Below, in pieces: positions 1 through 10,107 of a stretch of DNA of 64,000 bases (positions within the stretch are counted from its first letter, which is position 1; every line of letters starts with the position of its first letter). A model generated the notes under the pieces. The model was given only the letters and a program-made list of their open reading frames with translations, ran no database searches and was not told the origin of the DNA. The translations under genes were made by a program, and so were the position numbers. This DNA comes from Thermoanaerobaculia bacterium (lineage in GTDB: Bacteria > Acidobacteriota > Thermoanaerobaculia > Multivoradales > Multivoraceae): the NCBI GenBank assembly GCA_963666565.1, contig OY762911.1, positions 1,664,001 to 1,728,000 on the forward strand. The letters run 5' to 3'.

Positions 1-140
<140 letters not shown>

Positions 141-174
141 TCTCAACCCTGGGAGTCGACGCTGCGCGACCGCT

Positions 175-198
175 GGGTGCGCGGGTCTTCCGACCCGC
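175..198 (+). repeat. REP-like 24-nt hairpin (family A), representative copy
   Basis: GGGTGCGCGGGTCTTCCGACCCGC; further copies at 13140-13162, 16781-16802, 18085-18108, 18198-18221, 34869-34888, 36766-36789, 36790-36813, 42153-42176, ~45112-45133. Confidence 0.85.
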
Positions 199-284
199 CG
201 CCGCCGAAGGCGGCCAGTTTCATGCGCGTCAGCGGCCGACGCGAAGGCCCCTGCCGCGCCCTTCCGCCAAACGGGAGGCGACCG

Positions 285-1325
285 ATGACCGATCTCAATC
301 TCTCGGCTCTGTTGCGGGCGGCAATCGCCGGGGAGGACCTGCCCGCGGCGACGGTGGAGGAGTTGTTCGGCCGTCTGATGGACGGCGAACTCTCCGAGGT
401 GTGGAAGAGCGCGTTCCTCGTCGCGCTGGCGGCGAAGGGCGAGTCGGTCGGCGAGATCGCCGGCGCCGCGCGGGCGATGCGGGCGCGCGCCGCGCGGGTC
501 GAGCACGGAAGCTCCGGCGCGATCGACACCTGCGGCACCGGCGGCGACGGCCGCGGCACGTTCAACATCTCGACCGCGGCCGCGCTGGTCGCGGCGGCGG
601 GGGGCGCCCGGGTCGCCAAGCACGGCAACCGGGCGGTGTCGAGCCGGTCCGGGTCGGCGGACGTGCTGGACGCGCTCGGCGTGACGCTCAGCGGCGACAC
701 GCGGGCTCTTGGGCGTTGCCTGGACGAGGTCGGCATCGCCTTCCTGTTCGCGCCCATGCTCCATCCGGCGATGGCCCAGGTCATGCCGGTGCGGAAGGAA
801 CTCGGCGTGCGCACCCTGTTCAACGTGCTGGGACCCCTGACCAACCCGGCCGGCGCGAAGCGCCAGTTGATCGGCGTCTTCTCGCCCGATCTCGTCGAGC
901 CGATCGCGCGGGTGCTGCTGGAACTCGGCAGCGAGCACGCGCTGGTCGTCCACGGCGACGGCCTGGACGAGATGACGACGACGGGGACGACCGCCGTCGC
1001 CGAGGTCCGGGACGGCGCGGTCGGCACGTACGACGTCCGGCCCGGCGACTTCGGGCTGGCCGAGGCGTCGCCGGAGGACCTGGTCGGCGGCGACCCCGAA
1101 CGGAACGTCGAGTTGATGCGTGGCGTGCTCGGAGGCGGGGAAGGCGCGCTGGCCGACATCACATGCCTGAATGCCGGGGCCGCGCTCTACGTGGCCGGCC
1201 GGGCGGATTCGCTGGCCGCCGGCGTCGCCGCGGCGCGGGAAGTCCAGCGCTCTGGCGCGGCCGCCGCGAAGCTCGACGAACTCGTCGGCTGGGCCGGCTG
1301 GGGCGATGCGGGCGGCGGAGACTGA
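285..1325 (+). CDS. trpD: Anthranilate phosphoribosyltransferase
   Basis: DTCGTGGDG, FNIST, KHGNR, RSGSADVL motifs; start moved to ATG 285 after GGGAGG. Confidence 0.96.
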   Translation: MTDLNLSALLRAAIAGEDLPAATVEELFGRLMDGELSEVWKSAFLVALAAKGESVGEIAGAARAMRARAARVEHGSSGAIDTCGTGGDGRGTFNISTAAALVAAAGGARVAKHGNRAVSSRSGSADVLDALGVTLSGDTRALGRCLDEVGIAFLFAPMLHPAMAQVMPVRKELGVRTLFNVLGPLTNPAGAKRQLIGVFSPDLVEPIARVLLELGSEHALVVHGDGLDEMTTTGTTAVAEVRDGAVGTYDVRPGDFGLAEASPEDLVGGDPERNVELMRGVLGGGEGALADITCLNAGAALYVAGRADSLAAGVAAAREVQRSGAAAAKLDELVGWAGWGDAGGGD

Positions 1326-1378
1326 GACGTGCCTGAAGTTCCCGACACTGGCCAGCCTGGGCCGGAGGTCGCCGCCAC

Positions 1379-2491
1379 GTGAGCGCGGAGACCGAGACCG
1401 TGTCCGACGTTCCCGACATCCTGCGGCGCATCTGCGAGCAGCGTCGCCGCCGCGTGGCTGCTGCGGGCTCCGTACTGGGTGCGCCGGCCTCCCGGCCCGC
1501 ATCCGGCGCCGTGTCAGGGCACGCGGGGATTCAGCGCGCACCGGGTGCCGCCCATGGGCACACGCGCATCCAGCCCTCGGTTGGCGCCGCGATGACGGCG
1601 CCTCCGGTTGCGCTGCCTGCCGGCGCCCCCGGCCGCCGATTCCTCGATGCGATCTCCGCCCGCCGGGGCCGTGCCGTGATCGCCGAGATCAAGATGGGCT
1701 CGCCCAAGCTCGGCGACCTGCGCGGCCGCTTCGATCCGGTCGCCCGGGCCGAGACCTACGCGGACGCCGGGGCGGCCTGCTTGTCGGTCGTGGTCGAACC
1801 GGATTTCTTCCACGGCAGCTACGACCTGCTCGCCGAATGCGTTGCCGCGTCCGGCCTGCCGGCGGTGGCGAAGGACTTCGTGGTGTCGGACGCACAGCTC
1901 GAATGGGCGCGCGACGCCGGCGCCTGCGCCGTGCTGCTCATCGCGGCCCTCCACGACGCGGCGGAACTGCGCCGCCTGGCCGGGCTCGCCCGCGGCCTCG
2001 GGCTCGTGCCGCTGGTCGAGACCCACGACGAGGCGGACTTCGAGAAGCTGGCGCCTCTGGAGACCGGGGCGGTGCGATCTCGCGCCGCCGGTGAACCGCG
2101 TGGCGGGCCCGCGATCGGTCGCGCGGCGGGCGCCGCGGACTCCGAGTGGGAACTGGTCGGCATCAACAATCGCGACCTGCGCACCTTCGACGTCGACCTC
2201 GACCGCAGCGCCGACCGCGTCGACCGGCTGCCGGCATCAGCCCTCAAGGTCGCCGAGTCGGGCATTCACGGCGCGGCCGACGTGGAGAAGCTGCGTCGGG
2301 CCGGCTTCGACGCCTTCCTCATCGGCGAACGCCTCGTGCTCTCCGGCGATCCGGCCGCCGCCCTGGCCGAACTACTGGGTGCGCCGGCGTCCTCGCCGGC
2401 ATCGAGCGCGACGCCGCGAAACGGCGAGCCCGAGTCGGATGACCACGACCACGGGGATGGCGGTCCGGAAGCGGTGCAGGTGACCCCATGA
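1379..2491 (+). CDS. trpC: Indole-3-glycerol phosphate synthase with low-complexity/REP-derived insertions
   Basis: IAEIKMGSP, LSVVVEPDFFHGS, KDFVV, GINNRDL, AESGI motifs; trp operon position. Confidence 0.92.
   Translation: MSAETETVSDVPDILRRICEQRRRRVAAAGSVLGAPASRPASGAVSGHAGIQRAPGAAHGHTRIQPSVGAAMTAPPVALPAGAPGRRFLDAISARRGRAVIAEIKMGSPKLGDLRGRFDPVARAETYADAGAACLSVVVEPDFFHGSYDLLAECVAASGLPAVAKDFVVSDAQLEWARDAGACAVLLIAALHDAAELRRLAGLARGLGLVPLVETHDEADFEKLAPLETGAVRSRAAGEPRGGPAIGRAAGAADSEWELVGINNRDLRTFDVDLDRSADRVDRLPASALKVAESGIHGAADVEKLRRAGFDAFLIGERLVLSGDPAAALAELLGAPASSPASSATPRNGEPESDDHDHGDGGPEAVQVTP
2377..2400 (+). repeat. REP-like 24-nt hairpin (family B), representative copy, inside trpC
   Basis: GGGTGCGCCGGCGTCCTCGCCGGC; related copies at 1477-1500, 9353-9376, 12990-13013, degenerate at ~8905-8927 and ~48025-48046. 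Confidence 0.75.
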
Positions 2492-3291
2492 AGGTCAAGA
2501 TCTGCGGCGTCACCACCCCCGCCGACGCCCGGCTCGCCGTCGACCTCGGCGCCGACTTCATCGGCCTCAACTTCTACCGTCCCAGCCCGCGCTGGATCGA
2601 CGTCGACCAGGCGGCCCACATCCGCCGCGGCATCGGCGACCGGGCCCGCACCGTCGGCATCTTCGTCGACCCCACGCGCGACGAACTCGAGGCCATCGAC
2701 CGCAAGGTCGGCCTCGACTACATCCAGTTCAGCGGCGACGAGAGCCCGGAACTCGTGGCCGAGTTCAGCGAACGCGCCATCCGCGTCCGCCGCGTCGGCG
2801 GTGCCGCGGCCCCGTCCGCGCTCCGAGCAGCCCGTGGTGGAGGTCGCGCTGCATTCGAGCGGCCATGCATCCCGCCCAGCGTCGTTGCTCCTCGGTCGAG
2901 TATGGCCCGATACGCTCCCTCGTCGCGCCTTGCTGGACGGGCGCCTGACCGCTCTCGGTGCGACACGGACCTCCACCACGGGCTGCTGGACGAGGACTGC
3001 TGGGCGATCCTGATCGACCGTGCCCACGAGAGCCTCTACGGCGGCTCCGGCGAGAGCTGGGACTACGCCGCGGCCGCCGACCTCGTCCGCACGCCGGCTG
3101 GCTCCGGCGAGCCGCGCCGCCTGTTCCTCGCCGGCGGCGTCCGCCCGTGCAACGTCGCCGAGGTCGCGGCGGCGGTGCCGGGCGCCTACGCCGTCGACAC
3201 CTGTTCGGGCGTCGAGTCCGCGCCGGGCCGGAAGGACCGCGCCAAACTGGAGCAGCTCTTTGCCAACCTGAGAACGGGAGCAGCACGATGA
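2488..3291 (+). CDS. trpF: Phosphoribosylanthranilate isomerase carrying an in-frame MITE
   Basis: [43 protein letters not shown] motifs; ATGA overlap with trpC. Confidence 0.93.
   Translation: MKVKICGVTTPADARLAVDLGADFIGLNFYRPSPRWIDVDQAAHIRRGIGDRARTVGIFVDPTRDELEAIDRKVGLDYIQFSGDESPELVAEFSERAIRVRRVGGAAAPSALRAARGGGRAAFERPCIPPSVVAPRSSMARYAPSSRLAGRAPDRSRCDTDLHHGLLDEDCWAILIDRAHESLYGGSGESWDYAAAADLVRTPAGSGEPRRLFLAGGVRPCNVAEVAAAVPGAYAVDTCSGVESAPGRKDRAKLEQLFANLRTGAAR
2826..2987. mobile_element. 162-bp MITE-like element inserted in-frame in trpF
   Basis: Perfect 20-bp terminal inverted repeats AGCAGCCCGTGGTGGAGGTC (2826-2845) / GACCTCCACCACGGGCTGCT (2968-2987); length = 54 codons, no stop in trpF frame. 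Confidence 0.85.
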
Positions 3292-3361
3292 GAACACCGG
3301 GTACGCCGGCATCCGCCGAAGGCGGTTCCGCCCGCCGTTCGCCCAACATGGAGGTGGCCCG

Positions 3362-4608
<1,247 letters not shown>

Positions 4609-4612
<4 letters not shown>

Positions 4613-5439
4613 GCCGCCCGGGCCAGACGCCATCCGCCGACGGGGCCATCGCCGCCGCTTTCACTCGCTGCGAGGGCGAGCGCCGCTCCGCCTTCATCCC
4701 CTTTCTCGTCGCCGGCGACCCGTCCCTCGAGGCCACGCCCGACCTTCTGCGCGCCCTCGTCGCCGGCGGCGCCGACGTCATCGAACTCGGCGTCGCCTTC
4801 AGCGACCCGATCGCCGACGGCCCCACCATTCAGCGCGCCTCGCACCGCGCGCTGGCCGCGGGTTCTTCGCTCAGCGCCGTACTCGGCATCGTGGAGCGCC
4901 ACCGCGAGGAACTCGGCGTCCCGATCGTCCTCTTCACGTACTACAACCCGGTACACGCCCGCGGCGTCGAGACGTTCTCCCGGCAGGCCGCCGAAAGCGG
5001 CGTCGACGGCGTCCTCTGCGTCGACCTGCCGCCCGACGAGGGCCTGCGCGAACTTCAGCCCGCGCTGGCCGAACGCGGGGTCGACTCCATCTACCTCATC
5101 GCCGCCACCAGCACCGGCGAGCGGATCGACCGAGCGGCCGCGGCGTCGAACGGCTTCGTCTACTACACCGCCCGCTCCGACGTCACGGGCGAGCGCGAGG
5201 ATCTGATCCCGACGCTCGCCCGCGAAGTGAAGCGCGTCCGCCGGCGGGTCGACCTGCCGGTCGCCGTCGGCTTCGGAATCTCGACCCCCGAGCAGGTCGA
5301 GGAAGTGGCCCGGGTGGCCCACGGAGTCGTCGTCGGCAGCTCCCTGGTTCGCCTGGTCGAAGAGAACGCCGCGGAACCGGACCTCGTGGCGCGGCTGGAA
5401 CGCCGCGTTGCCGAACTGACCGCGCCGTTGCGCCGGTAG
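4609..5439 (+). CDS. trpA: Tryptophan synthase alpha chain
   Basis: [37 protein letters not shown]. Confidence 0.97.
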
Positions 5440-5513
5440 AGGCGGCGGTCAGCCGCCCACCTTGAACTCGGTAGTTGGTGCCGGGCGCCTCGGCGGGGAC
5501 GTCGTTGGGCCGC

Positions 5514-5921
5514 TCAGAGCAGCGCGGCCGTGAAGGGGTTCACGAGCGCGACGCCGCAGCCCATGAAATCGCGGCTGTTGCGGGTGGCGAGGGGAAGTTG
5601 GTGCTCCAGGGCCGTGGCTGCGATCAGCATGTCGGCCTGCGTCCGCGTCTCGCCGGTGGCCTGCAAACGGCCCCTGAGGTTCCCGGCCCGGCGCGCGATC
5701 GCCAGCGTTACGGGGAGCACTTCGCAGAACGCCGGGAGGAACTCGTCGAACCAGATCTCGGCGCGCTGCAGGGGCTTCCAGGAGAGGCCGTAGCGAACCT
5801 CCTCCACGCTGATCGCGCTGAGGGCGAAGGGCGGCTTCACGGTGGCCGCCCAGCGCTCGACGTTGGGATCCGGGTGCGGACGGGAGAGTTCGGCCACGAT
5901 GTTCGTGTCGAGGAGGATCAC
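5514..5921 (-). CDS. vapC: PIN-domain VapC-type toxin
   Basis: MILLDTN, ADMLIAATAL, LATRNSRDF PIN motifs; 4-nt overlap with upstream antitoxin. Confidence 0.92.
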   Translation of the reverse strand: MILLDTNIVAELSRPHPDPNVERWAATVKPPFALSAISVEEVRYGLSWKPLQRAEIWFDEFLPAFCEVLPVTLAIARRAGNLRGRLQATGETRTQADMLIAATALEHQLPLATRNSRDFMGCGVALVNPFTAALL

Positions 5922-6235
5922 GCCTCATTCCTGTCCGCGGGTTCGCTCCCGTGGTCGTCGTGGGCCGGCCAGCCCTCTCGGTTGACGCGCTCGCCGACCT
6001 GAAGCTCCCAGTCTTCGTCGGCGCAGAGGGCTCGAAACTCCGTGAAGATGTCGGCCAGGCTGCGGTCGAGCCGATCCCGTTCCCGGCTCTCGGCCTCGTC
6101 GAGAATTTCCGGGCTGACCACGGCCGCCACCAGTTGATCCCGGTTGTAGATCCTCTGAGGCTCGGTTCGCGATCTGCGCACGACTTCGGAGAACTGCTGC
6201 TTCGCGGCGCCAATGCGCCAAGAGGTTGTGTCCAT
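5918..6235 (-). CDS. Phd/YefM-like antitoxin
   Basis: W.IGAAKQQFSEVVRRS..EPQRIYNRDQLVAAVVS resembles the Phd/YefM N-terminus; coupled to vapC. Confidence 0.8.
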   Translation of the reverse strand: MDTTSWRIGAAKQQFSEVVRRSRTEPQRIYNRDQLVAAVVSPEILDEAESRERDRLDRSLADIFTEFRALCADEDWELQVGERVNREGWPAHDDHGSEPADRNEA

Positions 6236-6244
6236 TATGGACAC
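6228..6244. promoter_or_regulatory. Probable TA autorepression operator
   Basis: Palindrome GTGTCCAT-T-ATGGACAC overlapping the antitoxin start codon. Confidence 0.6.
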
Positions 6245-6359
6245 GTTAGATGCCTTTAGGTGGACAAGTCAAGTGGCCGCGCACGCGATACCGCTTCGTC
6301 ACGCTTCCGCGGTTACCTGCCGGTACGCGACGCGCAAGCGCGAACGGCGGCGGGGTGCC

Positions 6360-8177
6360 TCAGTCCGCCGCCGTCCCGGCCTCCGGCGTCGGTACGGACA
6401 CCGATTCTCGGATCAGCGAGGTGACCCCCGTCGTCTCGTCGCGGACGCCGACCGCGACCTGGTAGTCGCCCTCCGGCAGGTTCATCGCCACTTCGACCCG
6501 GTAGGCGCCGTCGACTTCCGGGACGCCCCGTGCTCCGCCGAGGGCGATCGTCTTCTGCCGGACGGTCGTTCGCGCGCCCTTCTCGTCCTCGACGGCGACG
6601 AGCCAAAGCCGGATCCGGGCGCTCGCGTCGCCGGTCGAGCCGTCCTTGCCGGGAAGGACCGCGACCGCCTCGGCCGGCACGCTGACGCCGACCGCCAGCT
6701 CGTGGGCATTCTCCTCCAGCGGCGTCGTGCCGCCGAACTCGACGCTCGCTCCGAGCGGATTCTCCGCGGCGCCCAGGTAGGCGACCGACAGCAGCCGCTC
6801 GGCGAGCCGTTCGTCCAGCGGCTTGTCACGGTAGGTGCGGCGGTACTCGATGCGGCGGCCCTGGGCGGCGCCGGGCGCGAGCAGGACCCGGATCTGCCGC
6901 ACCCGTTCAGGCCTGCGTTCGCCGGCGACGAAACCGAGGGAGTAGGAGGCGGCCAACTGCCTCGAGACGTCGTCGAGGAGGATCGCCAGGTCGTTGGCGT
7001 TGATCAGCGCCTTGCCGCCCGTCTCCTGCGCGAGCAGGTGAAGCCCGCTTTGCGCGTTCATCGAGCGCAGGCTGACGTTCTGGAAGCTGGGCCCCATCGC
7101 TGGATTGTCCAGCGAGATGTCGCCGCCGGCGCTTCGCACGCCGGCTGCGTCCAGGCCGTAGAAGGTGACGCGGTTGGCGTTGGCGTGAGCCGCTATCCGG
7201 TTGAAGCGGCGGCTCTCGTCGTACTGCGTCATCTCCGACACCGTCTCGGACGGGGCGCTGGTACGCAGGTCCCTGCAGATCTCGTTGCCGAGGTAGTCGA
7301 GCACCGAAATCCCCGGCCGCTGTGGCAGGCCGTCCGTGACGTGAACGACCGCCTGCTTTCCCGGCACTCCGGCGAGCGTCGTGACCAGATCGGCGAGGCC
7401 GTCGACCGCGATGGCGGTGTTCGTCGCCTGCTGGTCCGCGTGTTGCCTCGCCAGCGACAGCATCTCGCCCCAGTTGTCGATGCAGGGCCGGCATCCAGGC
7501 GACAATGCACAGAACTCGTAACTGTCGATGATGCCCCTGATCGCGAACCGCCGGGCGCCGTCGCCGTTCTGGATCGCGCGCGGCGATCCCTTCGGCACGG
7601 CCGCGGCGGCGGCCAGAATCGCGTCCAGGTCGCGCGTCGGCGGCACGAGCACCTCGAGCCGGTTGACGAACCGGGCGAGCATGAAGCTCGCCTCCAGGTC
7701 CCGCCACGGTTCAACGGCGGCCTCCAGGCGCCGGAGCAGGCGAGTGCGGTGAGACGGGAAGATGTTCGGGTCGTCCAGGTAGAAGACGACGGTCAGCGGA
7801 CCGCCCTCGTCGCCGGCCCTCGACTCGTCGCGGACGATCGCACGTCCCTTCTTGCGGCGGCGGGTCCGTTCCTCCTCCACTGAAACCGCCGACTCGAAGA
7901 AGTTCGCGATCTCGACCGGCTCGCCATCGACGTACAGCTCGAAGTCCTCGCGAACGAGGCCCTTGACCGGACGGCCCTTCCTGTCGGTGACGACGACGTC
8001 GACTTCGACGACCTGGACGTCCACAGCGTCGACGAAGGGCTGGCTCGTCCGGGCCGGTTGGGCGGTCTGAGAGGGCTGAGCGGGCTGCGCCAGCAAGGCC
8101 GCGGCACCGGCGAGCAGGGGAAGCAGCGCCAGGCTCCTTGCGGGTCTTCGATTGTGGACGTTCTGTGTCACCGGCAA
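6360..8177 (-). CDS. Secreted VWA-domain protein (Acidobacteria VWFA-related type)
   Basis: Signal peptide; VDVQVVEVDVVVTDRKGRPVKGL..EDFEL; LAGVPGKQAVVHVTDG; LAQETGG; YSLGF. Confidence 0.8.
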   Translation of the reverse strand: MPVTQNVHNRRPARSLALLPLLAGAAALLAQPAQPSQTAQPARTSQPFVDAVDVQVVEVDVVVTDRKGRPVKGLVREDFELYVDGEPVEIANFFESAVSVEEERTRRRKKGRAIVRDESRAGDEGGPLTVVFYLDDPNIFPSHRTRLLRRLEAAVEPWRDLEASFMLARFVNRLEVLVPPTRDLDAILAAAAAVPKGSPRAIQNGDGARRFAIRGIIDSYEFCALSPGCRPCIDNWGEMLSLARQHADQQATNTAIAVDGLADLVTTLAGVPGKQAVVHVTDGLPQRPGISVLDYLGNEICRDLRTSAPSETVSEMTQYDESRRFNRIAAHANANRVTFYGLDAAGVRSAGGDISLDNPAMGPSFQNVSLRSMNAQSGLHLLAQETGGKALINANDLAILLDDVSRQLAASYSLGFVAGERRPERVRQIRVLLAPGAAQGRRIEYRRTYRDKPLDERLAERLLSVAYLGAAENPLGASVEFGGTTPLEENAHELAVGVSVPAEAVAVLPGKDGSTGDASARIRLWLVAVEDEKGARTTVRQKTIALGGARGVPEVDGAYRVEVAMNLPEGDYQVAVGVRDETTGVTSLIRESVSVPTPEAGTAAD

Positions 8178-8277
8178 GCGACCCTATTGGAATTTTCGTC
8201 GGACTGTACGACCGACTGGAGCAACCTCGGTGCCGGAAACCGTCGCGATCGGCCATCGGGCTAGATTCCGTGGCCAG

Positions 8278-9351
8278 ATGACGCTACGCCTGACCGCCGC
8301 GCTCCAGGCAGTCGTCGCCGGCATCCTCTTCTCGACCGGCGGCGCCGCCGTCAAGGCGACGGAACTCGACGCCTGGCAGGTCGCCGGGATCCGCTCCCTG
8401 ATCGCGGCGGCGGCGCTGCTGATCGCGATTCCGGCGGCGCGGCGGTGGGCCGGCGGCGAGGGCCGGTCGCGGCCGGGCAGCGGCCCGGCGTGGTGGCGCG
8501 ACCGGGCGCGGCGCCGGGCGCTGCGGCTCACTCTGGGGATCGGCTGCTGCTACTGCCTGACTCTCGTGCTGTTCGTCCACGCGGCCAAGCGGACGACGGC
8601 CGCGGAGACGATCTTCCTGCAGTCGACGGCGCCGCTGTTCGTGCTGTTGCTGTCGCCGCTCCTGCTGCGGGAGCGGCTGGCGGGGCGGCAACTCCTGTTC
8701 GTGCCGCTGTTCGGGGCGGGCCTGGCGATGGCGTTCTTCGGCGGCGCGGACGCGGCCGCCACCGCGCCGGATCCGCGTGCCGGGAACGTGCTGGCCACCT
8801 TCTGCGGGCTGGCGTACGGGCTGACCCTGATGGGCCTGCGCGCCGCCGGCCGTCCGCTGCCGGCGTCGCTGGCGGCGCGGGAGTCGTCGGATCTTCCGAG
8901 AGCTGGCGCGCCGACCTTCCGGCGGGCGGCCGCCGTTTCGGGCGGAGCGTCTTCCGGGGTGGACGGCGGCGTCGTCCGCGCGCCCGGCATCGCGGCCGCG
9001 GCCTGCGGCAACGCGATCGTCTGCCTCGCCTGTCTGCCGGCGATGGCGCTGCCACGGTCCGTCGCTGCCGCCGACCTGGCGATCGTGGCGTACCTCGGGC
9101 TGTTCCAGGTGGCGTTCGCGTACGTCCTCGTGACCCGGGCCGCCCGCTTGCTGCAGGCGCCGGTTCTTGCCCTGCTGTTGCTGCTGGAGCCGGCGCTGAG
9201 TCCGTTCTGGGCGATGTGGCTCCACGGGGAGCAGCCGCATCTGCTCACCTGGTTGGGGGGTGCGGTCATCGCGGCGGCGACGGTGCTGCTGGCGACGGTG
9301 GCGGGGGAGGGAGAAGGAGCGAGGCCTTCGGCCTCGCGCGGCGTTTCCTGA
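8278..9351 (+). CDS. DMT/EamA family transporter
   Basis: About 10 hydrophobic segments, two EamA-like halves (LQSTAPLFV; LLEPALSPFWAMWLHGE). Confidence 0.85.
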   Translation: MTLRLTAALQAVVAGILFSTGGAAVKATELDAWQVAGIRSLIAAAALLIAIPAARRWAGGEGRSRPGSGPAWWRDRARRRALRLTLGIGCCYCLTLVLFVHAAKRTTAAETIFLQSTAPLFVLLLSPLLLRERLAGRQLLFVPLFGAGLAMAFFGGADAAATAPDPRAGNVLATFCGLAYGLTLMGLRAAGRPLPASLAARESSDLPRAGAPTFRRAAAVSGGASSGVDGGVVRAPGIAAAACGNAIVCLACLPAMALPRSVAAADLAIVAYLGLFQVAFAYVLVTRAARLLQAPVLALLLLLEPALSPFWAMWLHGEQPHLLTWLGGAVIAAATVLLATVAGEGEGARPSASRGVS

Positions 9352-9495
9352 AGCCGGCGGGGACGCCGGCGCACCCGGTGCGTGATGGCTCGTGGAGCTG
9401 GTTCTGCTAAACAAACGGCCGTAGCGGCGTTTTCACCACTGAACCCGACTGAGGGCGCCGGCCTCGACCGGCGCCTGGAACCTGGGAGACGCCGT

Positions 9496-10107
9496 TTGAC
9501 CGCCGCCGCCATTTCGATGACCGAAGAGCCTCCCGCCGGGCCTCCGCCGGCGATTCCGACCAGGGCCGCAACCTGGCTCGAGGACCTGTTCGAGGAACAC
9601 CACCGGCAGATGTTCCATACCGCGTACCGCGTCCTGGGCGACGCCGGCGACGCGGAGGACGTGCTGCAGACGGTCTTTCTGCGGATGCTGAACCGGCCGC
9701 CGCAATCGCTCGACACCGGCAGGGCCGGCGGCTATCTGCGGCGTGCCGCGATCAACGCCTCGCTCGACCTGATCCGCGCCCGCAAGCGCTCGCGCCTGGT
9801 GGCGCTGGACCAGCAGGTCCTCGAGGAGGTCGGACCGGCCGTCGACCCGGCGAGCGATCCGGCGCGACGGTTCGCCTCGCTGGAGCTCCGCGACCGCTTG
9901 CGGCGGGAACTCGCCGAGGTCAGCCCGCGCGCCGCCGAGATGTTCGTGCTGCGCTACTTCGAGGGCTACCGCAACTCGGAGATCGGACCGATGATGGACA
10001 CGTCGCGCATGACGGTCGCGGTGACGCTGCACCGCCTGCGCAAGCGCCTGGGCGCCGCGTTGGCGGACGAGGAAGACGAGACAGGAACCGAGAGGGCGGA
10101 ACGATGA
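9496..10107 (+). CDS. ECF RNA polymerase sigma-70 factor
   Basis: DAEDVLQTVFLR region 2; FVLRYFEGY..SEIG region 4; start TTG 9496 or ATG 9517. Confidence 0.9.
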   Translation: MTAAAISMTEEPPAGPPPAIPTRAATWLEDLFEEHHRQMFHTAYRVLGDAGDAEDVLQTVFLRMLNRPPQSLDTGRAGGYLRRAAINASLDLIRARKRSRLVALDQQVLEEVGPAVDPASDPARRFASLELRDRLRRELAEVSPRAAEMFVLRYFEGYRNSEIGPMMDTSRMTVAVTLHRLRKRLGAALADEEDETGTERAER

